DNA of 64,000 bases, taken from a virus. Location: the IMG/VR virus record IMGVR_UViG_3300046167_000870; one strand, given 5' to 3'. Shown piece after piece: positions 1 to 10,467 of this stretch (position 1 is its first letter; every line of letters begins with the position of its first letter). Under the pieces are notes generated by a model. The model saw only the letters and a list, made by a program, of their open reading frames with translations. It had not been told where the DNA came from and did no database searches. Both the position numbers and the translations under genes were made by a program.

Positions 1-599
1 TCTAAAACTTCTTTTAATATTTTTTGTTCTTTAACTACATTATTAACGTATCCAAAAATTTCTTCTGCTTCTTCATCTGTTACTTCTTTTGGTAATAATG
101 GTCTTAATTTTTCTACTGATATTTTAGCTGCATTTCTAGCTGCAGTTCCCGATGCCCCACTTTGTGTTACTGTAGTTCCTACTCTTAAATTAGGGTAATT
201 ATCTACTGATTTAGTTCTTTTAGCTATATCAGCAAAATCATCTTCATTACCTTCTCTAGCTCCAAGTATGAATATTACATTTTCATCTGGGTGTTCTTTA
301 GCATAATTGTATACTGCTTGGATTGGAGGTTTAGAACTTAATTTTACTTCTACATTAATTGGTAAATATTGTTTATAAATGTCCCATATAATAAGTGATT
401 CTTCTGGTGTTACTCCGTCTCTTTCTTTACCACCAATTAAAATAATAAACTTATCTATTTCAGGATTATTTTTTATTGCTGTTTTTACAACTTGAAAATG
501 ACCATTTGTAGGAGGTTTAAAACCACCTCCATATACTGCTACCGTTCTTTTTTCTTCCTCGGGTAATAGTCCTTTTATAATTTCTTTAACTAAACTCAT
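1..599 (-). CDS. HxGH-type nucleotidyltransferase (cytidyltransferase-like); 3' end lies outside the window
   Basis: Not in ORF track. Manual translation from ATG 599 (TAATG overlap with upstream stop) gives MSLVKEIIKGLLPEEEKRTVAVYGGGFKPPTNGHFQVV..., with the GGFxPPTxGH motif and SGTAAR near the C-terminus. Confidence 0.8.
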   Translation of the reverse strand, partial: MSLVKEIIKGLLPEEEKRTVAVYGGGFKPPTNGHFQVVKTAIKNNPEIDKFIILIGGKERDGVTPEESLIIWDIYKQYLPINVEVKLSSKPPIQAVYNYAKEHPDENVIFILGAREGNEDDFADIAKRTKSVDNYPNLRVGTTVTQSGASGTAARNAAKISVEKLRPLLPKEVTDEEAEEIFGYVNNVVKEQKILKEVL

Positions 600-1441
600 T
601 ATTTATTTAAAAATTTTGAAATTGCTCTTTGTGCTTCTTCTCTTGAAATTGAATTATCAATTATATCTTTAACGCCCTGATCTGATAGTAATTTTCTTAT
701 TTGACTATTAACTTTTTCTTTTTGTTTAGCTGCATATGCTGCTCTAGCTGGGGATTTAGGTTTAGTGTTTTTAGGAGAATAAGGTTTTAAATATTTATCT
801 ACTATTGCATCTAAATCTTCTAATTTTTCATCTTCTAAAGTATTAGCAACTGATATAAAATTGTCATCACCAAATAAATTTCTATATGGAGCATAGTTTT
901 GAGTCACGTTATTCCATGTTTTTAACACGATTGCAGGCGCTAAACTTCTATCTTTACCATCTGATGCCTGAAATCTAAGTTCATTTTGTTTTAACGATCT
1001 TTCTAAATCAGTATAAACATAAAGCATAAATACTTCATACCCTACCTTTTTTAGTTCATTAACTAATTCTTCTGTTTTTTTATATGAAGCTGCTGTACCA
1101 TCTAATATAAATGATTCTTTACCTGCTATTGTAGCTTCTACTTTACCTTTAAATTCTTTATTGGCGTCTGCCATTGCTATTGCCTGTTTGCTTCTTTCTT
1201 CAGGACCAGCATTTTTTAAATCTAATGATACATTTGCTTTTTTTAGATTTTGAATATAAGTATCATCTATATTTAATACTTTAAATCCTCCGATATTTAA
1301 ACCTTTTAAAACAAATCCTTTACCAGCACCAGGAGCACCAGCTAATATAATTGCTTTAGGTTTATCTTGTCCACCAATAGCCCCAGCATTTACTCCTGCG
1401 GCATTGGTTACTTCTTTTAGTAAGTTATTTAGTTCTATCAT
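599..1441 (-). CDS. P-loop kinase, zeta-toxin/AAA_33-like
   Basis: Walker A GAPGAGKG, followed by NIDD, ESFILDGT and an RSLKQNELR lid-like segment. Confidence 0.75.
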   Translation of the reverse strand: MIELNNLLKEVTNAAGVNAGAIGGQDKPKAIILAGAPGAGKGFVLKGLNIGGFKVLNIDDTYIQNLKKANVSLDLKNAGPEERSKQAIAMADANKEFKGKVEATIAGKESFILDGTAASYKKTEELVNELKKVGYEVFMLYVYTDLERSLKQNELRFQASDGKDRSLAPAIVLKTWNNVTQNYAPYRNLFGDDNFISVANTLEDEKLEDLDAIVDKYLKPYSPKNTKPKSPARAAYAAKQKEKVNSQIRKLLSDQGVKDIIDNSISREEAQRAISKFLNK

Positions 1442-1444
1442 ATA

Positions 1445-1454
1445 TTATAAATAT
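1445..1454 (-). promoter_or_regulatory. Putative late promoter motif ATATTTATAA
   Basis: One of 9 exact copies found just upstream of minus-strand start codons; here 3 nt before ATG 1441. Confidence 0.55.
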
Positions 1455-1460
1455 CGAAGT

Positions 1461-1589
1461 TTAAATCATGTTCATCTTTTTTAAAAACTCTAATTCTTCT
1501 TTAGTTACATCCATAACATTTTTCTGCATTATTTCTTGAGCACGTTTATATTCTTGCTCTTCCCAATAAATTTCTTCGCTACTCATCAT
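1461..1589 (-). CDS. Small hypothetical protein (42 aa)
   Basis: Manual ORF MMSSEEIYWEEQEYKRAQEIMQKNVMDVTKEELEFLKKMNMI fills the gap directly after the 1591..1845 stop. Confidence 0.6.
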   Translation of the reverse strand: MMSSEEIYWEEQEYKRAQEIMQKNVMDVTKEELEFLKKMNMI

Positions 1590-1590
1590 A

Positions 1591-1845
1591 CTAAAATAAT
1601 TTTTCAAAAAGTTTATCAATATCTTCTTTTGATTGCCATCCTAATGGATCATTATCTCCAACCATTACTTCGAAAGAAGCAGCATCTTCAATACTATCAC
1701 ACGCAGCTCTGTTACCAGCTCGGGATGTACTGTACATATTTTCTCCACATACAATAGAAATTCGAGTACCATCATCTGTGAATACTTGAGAAATAATTCC
1801 TTTTACAACTGGGTGTTTAATAAAACCTAAATTTTTGAATTTCAT
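1591..1845 (-). CDS. Hypothetical protein (early-type)
   Basis: 84-aa ORF with an AT-rich leader ending AAAGGTC-ATG and an early-type promoter upstream. Confidence 0.7.
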   Translation of the reverse strand: MKFKNLGFIKHPVVKGIISQVFTDDGTRISIVCGENMYSTSRAGNRAACDSIEDAASFEVMVGDNDPLGWQSKEDIDKLFEKLF

Positions 1846-1879
1846 GACCTTTATTTTATATTATTACTTATTTACCCTG

Positions 1880-1910
1880 TAAATATACGACTCCTATTTC
1901 AGGTATCCTA
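1880..1910 (-). promoter_or_regulatory. Early/host-sigma-type promoter TAGG-N17-CGTATATTTA
   Basis: Same 17-nt spacing and -7 box as the copies at 58787, 59251 and 63788. Confidence 0.7.
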
Positions 1911-2442
1911 ATTCTTCCACGAGAGTCTTATATATACTGTAGCTGGTTGTTTTAATATCAATGTTAGGATTTATTTTTAGAATTGATTCTTTTACACAAT
2001 CTAAATTATTACTATCCATATCTTCTTCAATTAAAATATTACTTTTAAAAAAAGGTACAAGATCACTATAGTGGTCTGATAATATACGTTCACAACTAGA
2101 ACTTTGGATTAGATAAATAACATCTCCATTTTTTATATCATGGATGATGTTATTATATCTTTTTAAGTATTTCTTTTTAGTAGTAGATAATTTATCTTCT
2201 TTTTCATGAATAAACATCATTTTATAGGTTTTATCCCATATTTGTTTGTTTTCAAATAAACCACTATTTACTATTTCAACATCATCAAATATGTCATCTA
2301 ATCCATTATCTAAAATATAAGATACAGTTTTATAAGAATTACCACTCCAATCAAAAGGGTAATTTTTTACTCTTACTTTTGCTTCATTTGCAGCATAAGC
2401 TGCTGTGCATACCTTACCTATTGGAAAATATACTATTCTCAC
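1894..2442 (-). CDS. DUF1796-like putative papain-like cysteine peptidase
   Basis: N-terminal PIGKVCTAA...RVKNYPFDW pattern (GxxC...R...PFDW) and a later F-x-H. Confidence 0.55.
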   Translation of the reverse strand: MRIVYFPIGKVCTAAYAANEAKVRVKNYPFDWSGNSYKTVSYILDNGLDDIFDDVEIVNSGLFENKQIWDKTYKMMFIHEKEDKLSTTKKKYLKRYNNIIHDIKNGDVIYLIQSSSCERILSDHYSDLVPFFKSNILIEEDMDSNNLDCVKESILKINPNIDIKTTSYSIYKTLVEELGYLK

Positions 2443-3207
2443 ACTGATCTTTTTACTGTTGTTTTAAAGCTTTGTGTAGCTGGTTTATGTTTGGGATTTT
2501 CAATATCAAATATACTTTTTACTGCTTTATAAATATCTATATTTTCTTCTTGAGTTCTTGGTGACTCATATACTTCCCAATTTTTACCTTTTAATCTAGT
2601 ACCTGATCTATCAGCTCCTCTAGATTTTGATTTTAACCATAATACACCTACACGATCAGCTGTTTTACCAAAACATTCTTTATAACATTGAGCATAAGCT
2701 GCACCCTGTAGATCATAAGTTGTTTGTAAATGGTTACTAGTTTTAAAATCAATAACCCCATAATTCACCATCAATTTCACAAATTAAATCACAAGTACCA
2801 GCTACTTTAAGTTCTTCACTAAATAAATGTACCTCTGTTTCAATTAATGTTGGTTTATGTGTTTCCCAAAAGTCAACAAAACGTAAAAACATTTGCCATA
2901 CATTAGGATCCATTTTTGGATAACCACTATCATTTAGATAAGTTAATTCCGCTCCTGTAAAATACTCTTCAATCATTTCATGTACCTTAGTACCTTCTTC
3001 TGATGCCTTCTTAACAATCCAATCTGCACTATGCCCTACCTTTTTTAGCCAGTCTTGAAAATACTTGCCTTTTGGATAACAATTTAAAACATAAGTAATA
3101 GATGGATAATATTCACCATTACGTCTGTAATACCTTGAATCTGGTAAGGTAATTTGTTTGTGATCGTCTGAGATCTCTAGAATTCTGTTGTAAGATTTCT
3201 TTATCAT
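2439..3207 (-). CDS. PD-(D/E)XK exonuclease (Cas4/RecB-like), about 255 aa, split by a +1 frameshift at 2756-2759
   Basis: YPSITYVL, GTKVH, AGTCD. Removing one base restores W-V-I-D-F-K-T and QGAAY. Confidence 0.85.
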
Positions 3208-4133
3208 ATAGATAGTTTTTGTTCCATTAAATTATAATAGGTTAAAGGAACTGTTTTTTGAATCAGTTTTGTGAAATTTTTAAAACCCATTTCACTCGGA
3301 TCCTTATCTTGTAAATCTACAAGATAGACTTCTTTACCTTCTGCCATTAATTTTTCACAGAATTTTAAAGCTTGTTTAATTGCATCCCTATCTAACGCAA
3401 TATAAATTTTGTCTACTACTGAAGTAACTATTTTCTTCATTAAGTTACTTTGAATGTTTTTACCTAATAAAGGTATTGCATTTCTTTTTATAGCCATAGC
3501 ATCAAATAGTCCCTCACATAATATAATTGGTAAATTCCAATTAATAAAATGTTCGTTAGGGATTATGTCTCTTGATACTTGAGGATTTCTATATTTTATA
3601 AATGCATCCTTTTCAAATGAACGGGCGGTATAATAATTTATATTTCCATCTTTATCATAAGTTGGTAATATAATCATGTTTTTATATAAACCATCTTCAC
3701 AATAACCAATATTATATTTACTAATATCCGTCATACTAATACCGCGTTTATTTAAATACGCTAAGGCATGGCGTTTAATTATACTATTGTTATCTGACTG
3801 GTCTAAACGTGTATATTCGCTTGGTAATTTTAATACATTTACAACTTTTTCTTTAGTAGTATATGTAACATCCTTTACATAAGTTTTTGCTTCAGCTATT
3901 TTATCTTGTGATGCTCCTGCTTTTCTAAGTAAATGTAATATGGATTTACCTTTTTTATCACATACCCAACAATGCCATGGATTATTACCTTCTTTATTTT
4001 CAGTAAAATTAATTTCTAATTTAGGTTTGTGATGATTACAATGAGGACAAGTATATGCCATATTGCCACGGGCAGTCTGCTTGCCTGTACCTAATACTGA
4101 ATTTACTAAAGTAACTAATAACTGGTTTACCAT
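3204..4133 (-). CDS. DNA primase (Zn finger plus TOPRIM)
   Basis: CPHC...HCWVC zinc finger, CEGLFDAM and LDRDA TOPRIM motifs. Start moved to ATG 4133, just downstream of a promoter. Confidence 0.9.
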   Translation of the reverse strand: MVNQLLVTLVNSVLGTGKQTARGNMAYTCPHCNHHKPKLEINFTENKEGNNPWHCWVCDKKGKSILHLLRKAGASQDKIAEAKTYVKDVTYTTKEKVVNVLKLPSEYTRLDQSDNNSIIKRHALAYLNKRGISMTDISKYNIGYCEDGLYKNMIILPTYDKDGNINYYTARSFEKDAFIKYRNPQVSRDIIPNEHFINWNLPIILCEGLFDAMAIKRNAIPLLGKNIQSNLMKKIVTSVVDKIYIALDRDAIKQALKFCEKLMAEGKEVYLVDLQDKDPSEMGFKNFTKLIQKTVPLTYYNLMEQKLSI

Positions 4134-4139
4134 AACGAT

Positions 4140-4170
4140 ATAATATACATTAATGTATTTTAATTTCCAA
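4140..4170 (-). promoter_or_regulatory. Early-type promoter TTGG-N17-TGTATATTAT (primase)
   Basis: Conserved spacing; ends 6 nt before ATG 4133. Confidence 0.6.
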
Positions 4171-4635
4171 AGGGTCTTCATATTCAATATCCTCTAAATC
4201 TTTAGTAAAGAATTTACCTAGGATATTATCATTGAAAAATTCATCCGGTCTTTCTAACACCTGATATAACATTTGGTATTTTAATTCAAAATAAGTTAAT
4301 GCTTTTTTATTAGGTACACATTTTAATATAGTACGTTCAAATTCATCTTTTTTTCCTTCACGTAATAATTGTTTAATATCTTTTTGGGAACCATAATAAT
4401 TCTTCCAATCCGATTCTTTAACTGCTATTTTATATGAAGGGCGACGACCAACTACTCCTGTTAGGGCAGCTAGTTCTTTTTTCCCAAGTTTTACTTTTTT
4501 AGTAAATTGTAAAACTTTTTTTCCGATATATGATTTCCCTGAAGGTATGTGTTTGTTTATATAAACGAATCCATAAGTGTTTTCTGGGAACTGAGTGATA
4601 TCGACCATTTTTTGGTTTTGATAGGTCCAACTCAT
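4150..4635 (-). CDS. GIY-YIG nuclease-like protein (Seg-like)
   Basis: GFVY...SYIGKK, YYGS, FERTIL, E...Q and a C-terminal NDNI. Confidence 0.7.
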   Translation of the reverse strand: MSWTYQNQKMVDITQFPENTYGFVYINKHIPSGKSYIGKKVLQFTKKVKLGKKELAALTGVVGRRPSYKIAVKESDWKNYYGSQKDIKQLLREGKKDEFERTILKCVPNKKALTYFELKYQMLYQVLERPDEFFNDNILGKFFTKDLEDIEYEDPLEIKIH

Positions 4636-4680
4636 AATATTTGTTTTAGTTAATTTAAGTTAACGTAACGTTAATAAATA

Positions 4681-5941
4681 TTAATTTTTATTATTTAATA
4701 TATAATTTTTAGCATATAATACTCTCTTTCCAATGTCAACATTTACATTTTTGACATATTTAGAATGAACCCACCAATCCTCATATGGGCTATTTTCATC
4801 AGGAGAAATATTTTCTGCTACTAAAACATAACCTGCTTCAGTAAGTAATTGTTGAGATTTGCTTTTATAACTTTTAGTATTATCACAATAGTAATCATGT
4901 TCATATGTAATAACTCCAAATTCTAATTTATCAAATGGAATTCTTTCTAATGTTCTATATGTGTTATATGCAGGATCAACATCTAATTGTAAGTAATCTA
5001 TTTGACGAGTTCCAATATAATTATCTGCAATATCTAGATAGTCAGCTGATAATGAATTTTGATCTAAAATTGTATCAAGACTTCTTCTTTTCTTCCATTC
5101 CTCTATAAATTCTTTAGATATGTCTAAAGATGCTCCTTTCCATCCCCACTGTGTAAGTAAAAGTGTATTATTACCATATGTCGGATGTCCTGCTCCTATT
5201 TCTAAATAAGTACCATTTTTCTTTCCATTTAAAGCAGTTAAAGCAAATAAATCCTGATAACATTGTGAATAATTTTCTTCAACTAAATTTGCACCTTTAA
5301 ATTTTTTAGATAATGTTTTATAATGTGTTTTTTTATAAGGTAATAAATCATGCCATGTTGTTAATACAGGTCTTTCTTTAATTAAATCAAAATTAATACA
5401 ATTATTTATAACAAGTTCTCTATGGTTTTCATCTACATAAGGATCATTATATAATTCTAACCATAATTTATGTGATTTATCTCTTTGACCTATATACCAA
5501 CATACAAATGCTTTTTGAAATTTTAATTCCCAATCACCTTTATAACCAATATCATATGGTAAAGGTTCTTTTCCTATATGTTGTAGACCTAAATCAGCAT
5601 ATAAATTAGCAGTTTTCCAATCCTTTCTACTACTATACCATTTACATAAAAATAAATAACCTTCAGGTCTAGTAGGGTAAATATGCTATAGCCGTTTCTA
5701 ATTGACCTTTTTCATAATTTGCTCTACGTGTAGTTTTATTTAGTTGGAGCCATGTTTTTAAAATACCATTATAAGCTAGTATAGGATCAGTATCATGTGT
5801 TAATTCTGATGCTCTTAAAAAATAAGATAACGCAGCCGCTCCTTGACCTATGTTTTCATACTCTTGACCTAATTCAGCATTTATATAAGGATCTAAAGGA
5901 TCCTGAATGTATTTGTGTAAATATTCTTTTAGTCTTTCCAT
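4681..5941 (-). CDS. TPR-like N-terminus plus FkbM/Methyltransf_21-like SAM methyltransferase, about 419 aa, +1 frameshift at 5675-5677
   Basis: After correction: LPTRPEGY...NYSQCYQDLF...GTYLEIGAGHPTYGNNT...GWKGASLD...IDYLQLDVD...ITYEHD...EDWWVH. Most of the gene is missing from the ORF track. Confidence 0.8.
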
Positions 5942-6957
5942 TATAATCCGTTATTTGTCCATGACCTTCTATTTAACCACCCTAAATTGTCTAATAATTT
6001 AGTTGGCATTTTTAATGCATAAGCAGCATTATCTTGATAACCATATGTAATAATAAAATTATCATCTTTTAAAGCTAAACCACAAGCAAATTCAATTTTA
6101 GCTGCCATGAATTTAAATGGTTCTGATACTGCTTCTAAATTCCAATCTTTATCCCATATAACAAACCTATGATAATAGTGAGCATCTTTATGTTGTCCTG
6201 GGTTGTGATAAAAATCTACTTCATGTGTTACACATATTCTACTTCCATTTTTCCAAGGTATAACTTGTGACCCTCCTCTTAATTCAAAAGGAACTTCAGC
6301 ATTATATTCTTTTGTTATAACAATTTCACTTGTTTTATTAACTGGGTCTATTTTAGCTATTTCTAGGTTATTAGTCCATTTGATAAAATGCATTGGCATG
6401 TCTAATATAGGCATCCAATTTTTTTCTAAATAAGTTGGTTTTGGTGGTTCAATTCTATCTCTAGTTACTTCTTCACATACATTACTAGTCCAATTTATTT
6501 CACATAACTCCATTCTACCTTCACCATCAGGTTTTACATCACGTCTTACACCACAAGCATATAATATATCATTCCATCTAAATACCCTAACATCTTCTAA
6601 TCCAATAAAAGTCCATACAGGTTTGATATCATGTTTTGAAGTATCAATTTTTTGATGTGTTTTAACTTCTAAAGTATCAGGGTCTAATTTACATAAATAA
6701 TTTCCTGTTCTTAATACAACATCATCTTCAGGGTTTAAATAAGCTAAACAACCCCAAACACAATAAAAGTTTTGGTTAAATTCACTATGATATAAAGAAT
6801 AATGTACGTGTCTAATATTAGCTATAATATCATCATTATCATCTATAAAAACCGATACATTACATAAACCGGTACCATCAGTTAAGTCTCCTGGGATAAT
6901 GAGAGGTGCTATAGAACCACCATTATCTATTACTAATTTTGCTAAATTATCTATCAT
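5941..6957 (-). CDS. Five-bladed beta-propeller glyco-enzyme (GH130/DUF377/GT108-like)
   Basis: Motifs GLEDVRVF, EKNWMP, LRGGSQ, IEFACGL and YGYQD. Confidence 0.65.
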   Translation of the reverse strand: MIDNLAKLVIDNGGSIAPLIIPGDLTDGTGLCNVSVFIDDNDDIIANIRHVHYSLYHSEFNQNFYCVWGCLAYLNPEDDVVLRTGNYLCKLDPDTLEVKTHQKIDTSKHDIKPVWTFIGLEDVRVFRWNDILYACGVRRDVKPDGEGRMELCEINWTSNVCEEVTRDRIEPPKPTYLEKNWMPILDMPMHFIKWTNNLEIAKIDPVNKTSEIVITKEYNAEVPFELRGGSQVIPWKNGSRICVTHEVDFYHNPGQHKDAHYYHRFVIWDKDWNLEAVSEPFKFMAAKIEFACGLALKDDNFIITYGYQDNAAYALKMPTKLLDNLGWLNRRSWTNNGL

Positions 6958-6960
6958 ATA

Positions 6961-7554
6961 TTATTTATAATGTCCTCCACCTAACCATAATACGAAAGAT
7001 TTTCTGGTTCCCCTAGTAACTGGTGTAACTCTGTGCATCATATAAGAAGGGAATAAAAACACACAACCAGCATTTCTTTCAGCTTGTATAAAAGGACCGT
7101 TCATACTTCCACCTCTAAATAATTCTAAATTACCACCTTCATATTCATCTGGTTCTGATAGTTGAACTGTAATAGATACTTTTCTTAATGATAATTCTCT
7201 TGGACCTATATCAGCATGCCAATCATAATGACCAGCAGGTGCATGATATTCGGTATATTGAATTTGTTCTGGTATTTGGTGTAAATCAAATTTCCAAAGT
7301 GAATTATTAGCTTCTATAGCCATATTTGCTAGTTTTTCATATAACCAAAACCAATCATCATTTTGAGGAATCCACTTAATATTAGATTTTCTATTTGTAT
7401 CTTTATCACCAGCAGCGGTTGATGCTATATGCCAGGGTAAACTTTTAATGTTTTTAGATATTTTTTTTAATTCATCTTTACTAAATCCCTCTTTATAATA
7501 GAAGTAATTTTGTGAATCTGTTTGTTCTTGTTCAAATGTATAGTTTAAGTTCAT
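6961..7554 (-). CDS. 2OG-Fe(II) oxygenase (P4Hc/PKHD-type hydroxylase)
   Basis: WHAD (HxD), RKVSITVQLS, YEGG, FPSYMMHRVTPVTRGTRKS. Confidence 0.9.
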   Translation of the reverse strand: MNLNYTFEQEQTDSQNYFYYKEGFSKDELKKISKNIKSLPWHIASTAAGDKDTNRKSNIKWIPQNDDWFWLYEKLANMAIEANNSLWKFDLHQIPEQIQYTEYHAPAGHYDWHADIGPRELSLRKVSITVQLSEPDEYEGGNLELFRGGSMNGPFIQAERNAGCVFLFPSYMMHRVTPVTRGTRKSFVLWLGGGHYK

Positions 7555-8444
7555 TATAGATCTTTTATATTAAATATATTTTCGGTTTTTGTATATGGGA
7601 TATTATCCAATGGTTCTTGTAGGTTATAACCACTATAGCAATTCATATCTGTATGTAATTCATAAGGATTAGCTTTAATATTCTCATGAATTTCATAACC
7701 TAAAACATCAGGATTTGTTGTTATCCAGCATACAGTAGAAGGTAATTCTAAAGCTGCTGCCATATGTTGTGCAAAACTATCTATTAATATCCTTTTATCT
7801 GCCTGTAATAATAATGAAATTATACCTCGTAAGTTAAATTCTGCTGGTATTGCTCCTTCATATGATTGAGGTTGACTAGAATGTTTAATATAATAAATAG
7901 TATAATCATCTTTATACTTTTCTATTAATTTTTTAGTTAATTTTAATGGTAAATCTCTTGACCAATTATAATATAAAGGTTTTGTATAATAACTAATTAG
8001 CTGGATATGTTCATTTTTTGCTAATGCTCCACCATGAGGATGGATTACTAATATAGGTTTTTTATTTATTAGCTTTACAGGAGTATTTTTTTCTTCTTCA
8101 CTAAGATATAATTTAGGTTTTTCACCATTATATTCTAAATCATACATTTTAGCCCAAATTTCATATATGCTAGCCTTACTGCTTATGTAATCGGGTTCAT
8201 TATAGACCTCCTTTACTAATATTAAACAATTATCTAAATTATTATGTACATATTTTTCTAAAATATCAACTCTTCCTTCAAAATCAGTTAATATATCTAA
8301 GTGGGGATTATTAAAGAATATATCTTTAGCATCTGATATTACTATTATTTTATCATTAGGATATTTCTTTCTAAGTAATTCAAGTATTACAGTAGCAATA
8401 ATATTTTTACCTACCCCTCCGCTTATTTCAAAAACTATATTCAT
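7554..8444 (-). CDS. GT-B glycosyltransferase, GT9 (heptosyltransferase)-like
   Basis: GGVGKNI, IHPHGG, IDSFAQHMAAALELPSTVCW. Confidence 0.75.
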   Translation of the reverse strand: MNIVFEISGGVGKNIIATVILELLRKKYPNDKIIVISDAKDIFFNNPHLDILTDFEGRVDILEKYVHNNLDNCLILVKEVYNEPDYISSKASIYEIWAKMYDLEYNGEKPKLYLSEEEKNTPVKLINKKPILVIHPHGGALAKNEHIQLISYYTKPLYYNWSRDLPLKLTKKLIEKYKDDYTIYYIKHSSQPQSYEGAIPAEFNLRGIISLLLQADKRILIDSFAQHMAAALELPSTVCWITTNPDVLGYEIHENIKANPYELHTDMNCYSGYNLQEPLDNIPYTKTENIFNIKDL

Positions 8445-9118
8445 GCTTGTATATTAAAATTAATTACTGCTCTTTGTTTTTTACCATAAAATGGCTCTAC
8501 AGAATGTACTATATCATGCGGCCAAATTAATAACATTCCTGCTTTAGGCCTAACAAAATGTTTTTCTCCTCTAATATGAAAAGCAAATACACCACTATAA
8601 GGGTGATCTGGGTGAGGTTCTCCATCACTTAAATAATAACCACCTGAATACATTTTAGGTTTTTCTTCTTCATATTGCCATCTGTTATGATTATGAGCAT
8701 TATGTCCTCTACCTTCCGTTGGTTCATAATATTGTAACCAACTTTCTGTTACTGTACCTTCTTCACCTACTAATTCTTTAAAACCAGCTAATATTCTTCG
8801 TTTAATAACATCTACATCTGAGTTTTCTACGTCTAAAAAATCATTAGGTTTAACATAAAATCTACTTCCTATAGGTTGTAACTCATGACTTTCAATCCAT
8901 TCTTCTCGCCTATCATAATTAACTTCATATGTAGAATACCTTTCACTATCCCATCTATCAACTAATTCTTGACCCATTCTCCTTTGTTCTGCATCTAATA
9001 TTCGTAAACCAAAATCATAAGCTTTATTAGTTACAATATCATCTTCATATATCCTTTTGTAAACAGGGATAGGTGCTAAATTAAATATATTTTCCTTATT
9101 CGTTGGATGAAATATCAT
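8441..9118 (-). CDS. Putative 2OG-Fe(II) oxygenase (TIGR02466-like)
   Basis: SW...HNAHNH, SGGYY, PKAGMLLIWPHDIVHSVEP, RAVINFNI. Confidence 0.8.
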   Translation of the reverse strand: MIFHPTNKENIFNLAPIPVYKRIYEDDIVTNKAYDFGLRILDAEQRRMGQELVDRWDSERYSTYEVNYDRREEWIESHELQPIGSRFYVKPNDFLDVENSDVDVIKRRILAGFKELVGEEGTVTESWLQYYEPTEGRGHNAHNHNRWQYEEEKPKMYSGGYYLSDGEPHPDHPYSGVFAFHIRGEKHFVRPKAGMLLIWPHDIVHSVEPFYGKKQRAVINFNIQA

Positions 9119-9692
9119 AGTTTTCTAAAGTTGTTATATCCGAGTCTTCACCTGGGTTATGACCAAAATACGAAATATTTGCCTGGTCTCCACGGAAATC
9201 TTTAGATTTTCTTAAATCCCAAAACGCCCAATCTAAACCTCGTCTTAATTTAGAGACATTTTCTACATAATCAATCATCTTTTTAGCACCTTCAGGCCAT
9301 ACAATATAAGCTGCTACACTAGGTTCATTTGGAATAAACCAAAAGGCATCTAAATCTGTTACTGATGCTAATGTCTCAAAATAATTTTCTGGTGTTTTTT
9401 CGTCTTCATTTAAGAATACATCATCTTCAAATATAAAGAATGGTAAATCTTGTTTTGAACATTCTTCTAATAAATTTAAATGCATATATTGAGCACAAAC
9501 CATAGATGGGATATGTATTCCATATTTTTCGTAATCATTGCCTTTAATAAATTCTTTATCAAATTCTGTTAGTTCATAAGTTTTTCCATCTATTCCATCA
9601 CAAAATTCAAAATCTATATGTTGGAACATATGAGCTATTTTTTTACGTCTGTCTTCACGTTTTGGAAGAGATATTACTTTTAATTTATACAT
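9096..9692 (-). CDS. GT25 family glycosyltransferase
   Basis: VISLPKREDRR, FCDGIDG, IFEDDV, AYIV...GAKK, LDW. Confidence 0.85.
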   Translation of the reverse strand: MYKLKVISLPKREDRRKKIAHMFQHIDFEFCDGIDGKTYELTEFDKEFIKGNDYEKYGIHIPSMVCAQYMHLNLLEECSKQDLPFFIFEDDVFLNEDEKTPENYFETLASVTDLDAFWFIPNEPSVAAYIVWPEGAKKMIDYVENVSKLRRGLDWAFWDLRKSKDFRGDQANISYFGHNPGEDSDITTLENYDISSNE

Positions 9693-10467
9693 GCTCTAAA
9701 TAGGGTTTATAGTTAATTTTATTTTTTATATATTTATTAAATCTTTTTTGTGTTACTGATATAGTATAATTTTGATATTTTAATTCTTCATCTGATACAC
9801 CTAATACATAATCAGGTTGGTATTCATTTATATATTCTTCTAGTGAACAATTAGCATATTTCCACATTGCAAATTCTTCTACTAATCCTTTTATATCATT
9901 TTCTTCTACTATTTTAAGTAAATCTTTACCTAAATCTTTATTTCTAGAATAAACACAACCAAAGTTAGGAATGATTAAAGCATCTTGCCATACCCAATGA
10001 TAATGTTGTATTTGTGATTCTAATGTTGATAAATCATCAATTAAATTAAAATAAGTTTCATCATAATGTAAAATTGGGTGATGGTCAGGTATTGCTTCTA
10101 GTAATGCAAACATAGGTTCTTTATAATGAGCATATAAAGGGATTTGAGTTTCCTTTTGCCTCAGTAAATTATAAAAATCTTTATCTAATGGTTTTAAAAT
10201 AAGACAATCCCAATCTAACATTAATACTTCTCCCCAATGTTTTAGAGCTATATCTAATACTTGTAATTTTTTCCCATATATGTTATTACCTGAGTAATTA
10301 TTATCTCCCATAGCAACACAAGCGTATCCTCTTGATTCTAATTCCTCTTTATTTTTATCACCCCAAACATATACTATTTCATTATTATATAAAGGTTTTA
10401 TTGGAACATCTTCCCATTTATCTGAGTCATTACCCCACCAACTTCTTATTATTTTTATATTAGACAT
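9685..10467 (-). CDS. Putative GT-A glycosyltransferase (DxD), paralogue of 10460..11218
   Basis: MLDWDC, PNFGCVY and a C-terminal YLEHV shared with the neighbour. Confidence 0.6.
   Translation of the reverse strand: MSNIKIIRSWWGNDSDKWEDVPIKPLYNNEIVYVWGDKNKEELESRGYACVAMGDNNYSGNNIYGKKLQVLDIALKHWGEVLMLDWDCLILKPLDKDFYNLLRQKETQIPLYAHYKEPMFALLEAIPDHHPILHYDETYFNLIDDLSTLESQIQHYHWVWQDALIIPNFGCVYSRNKDLGKDLLKIVEENDIKGLVEEFAMWKYANCSLEEYINEYQPDYVLGVSDEELKYQNYTISVTQKRFNKYIKNKINYKPYLEHV

Noticed and set aside
599-8444. Kinase + NTase + GT9-like gene as an HldE-type ADP-heptose pathway
   Set aside because: The HldE kinase is PfkB/ribokinase-fold whereas this one is P-loop, and no isomerase or phosphatase is present in the window.
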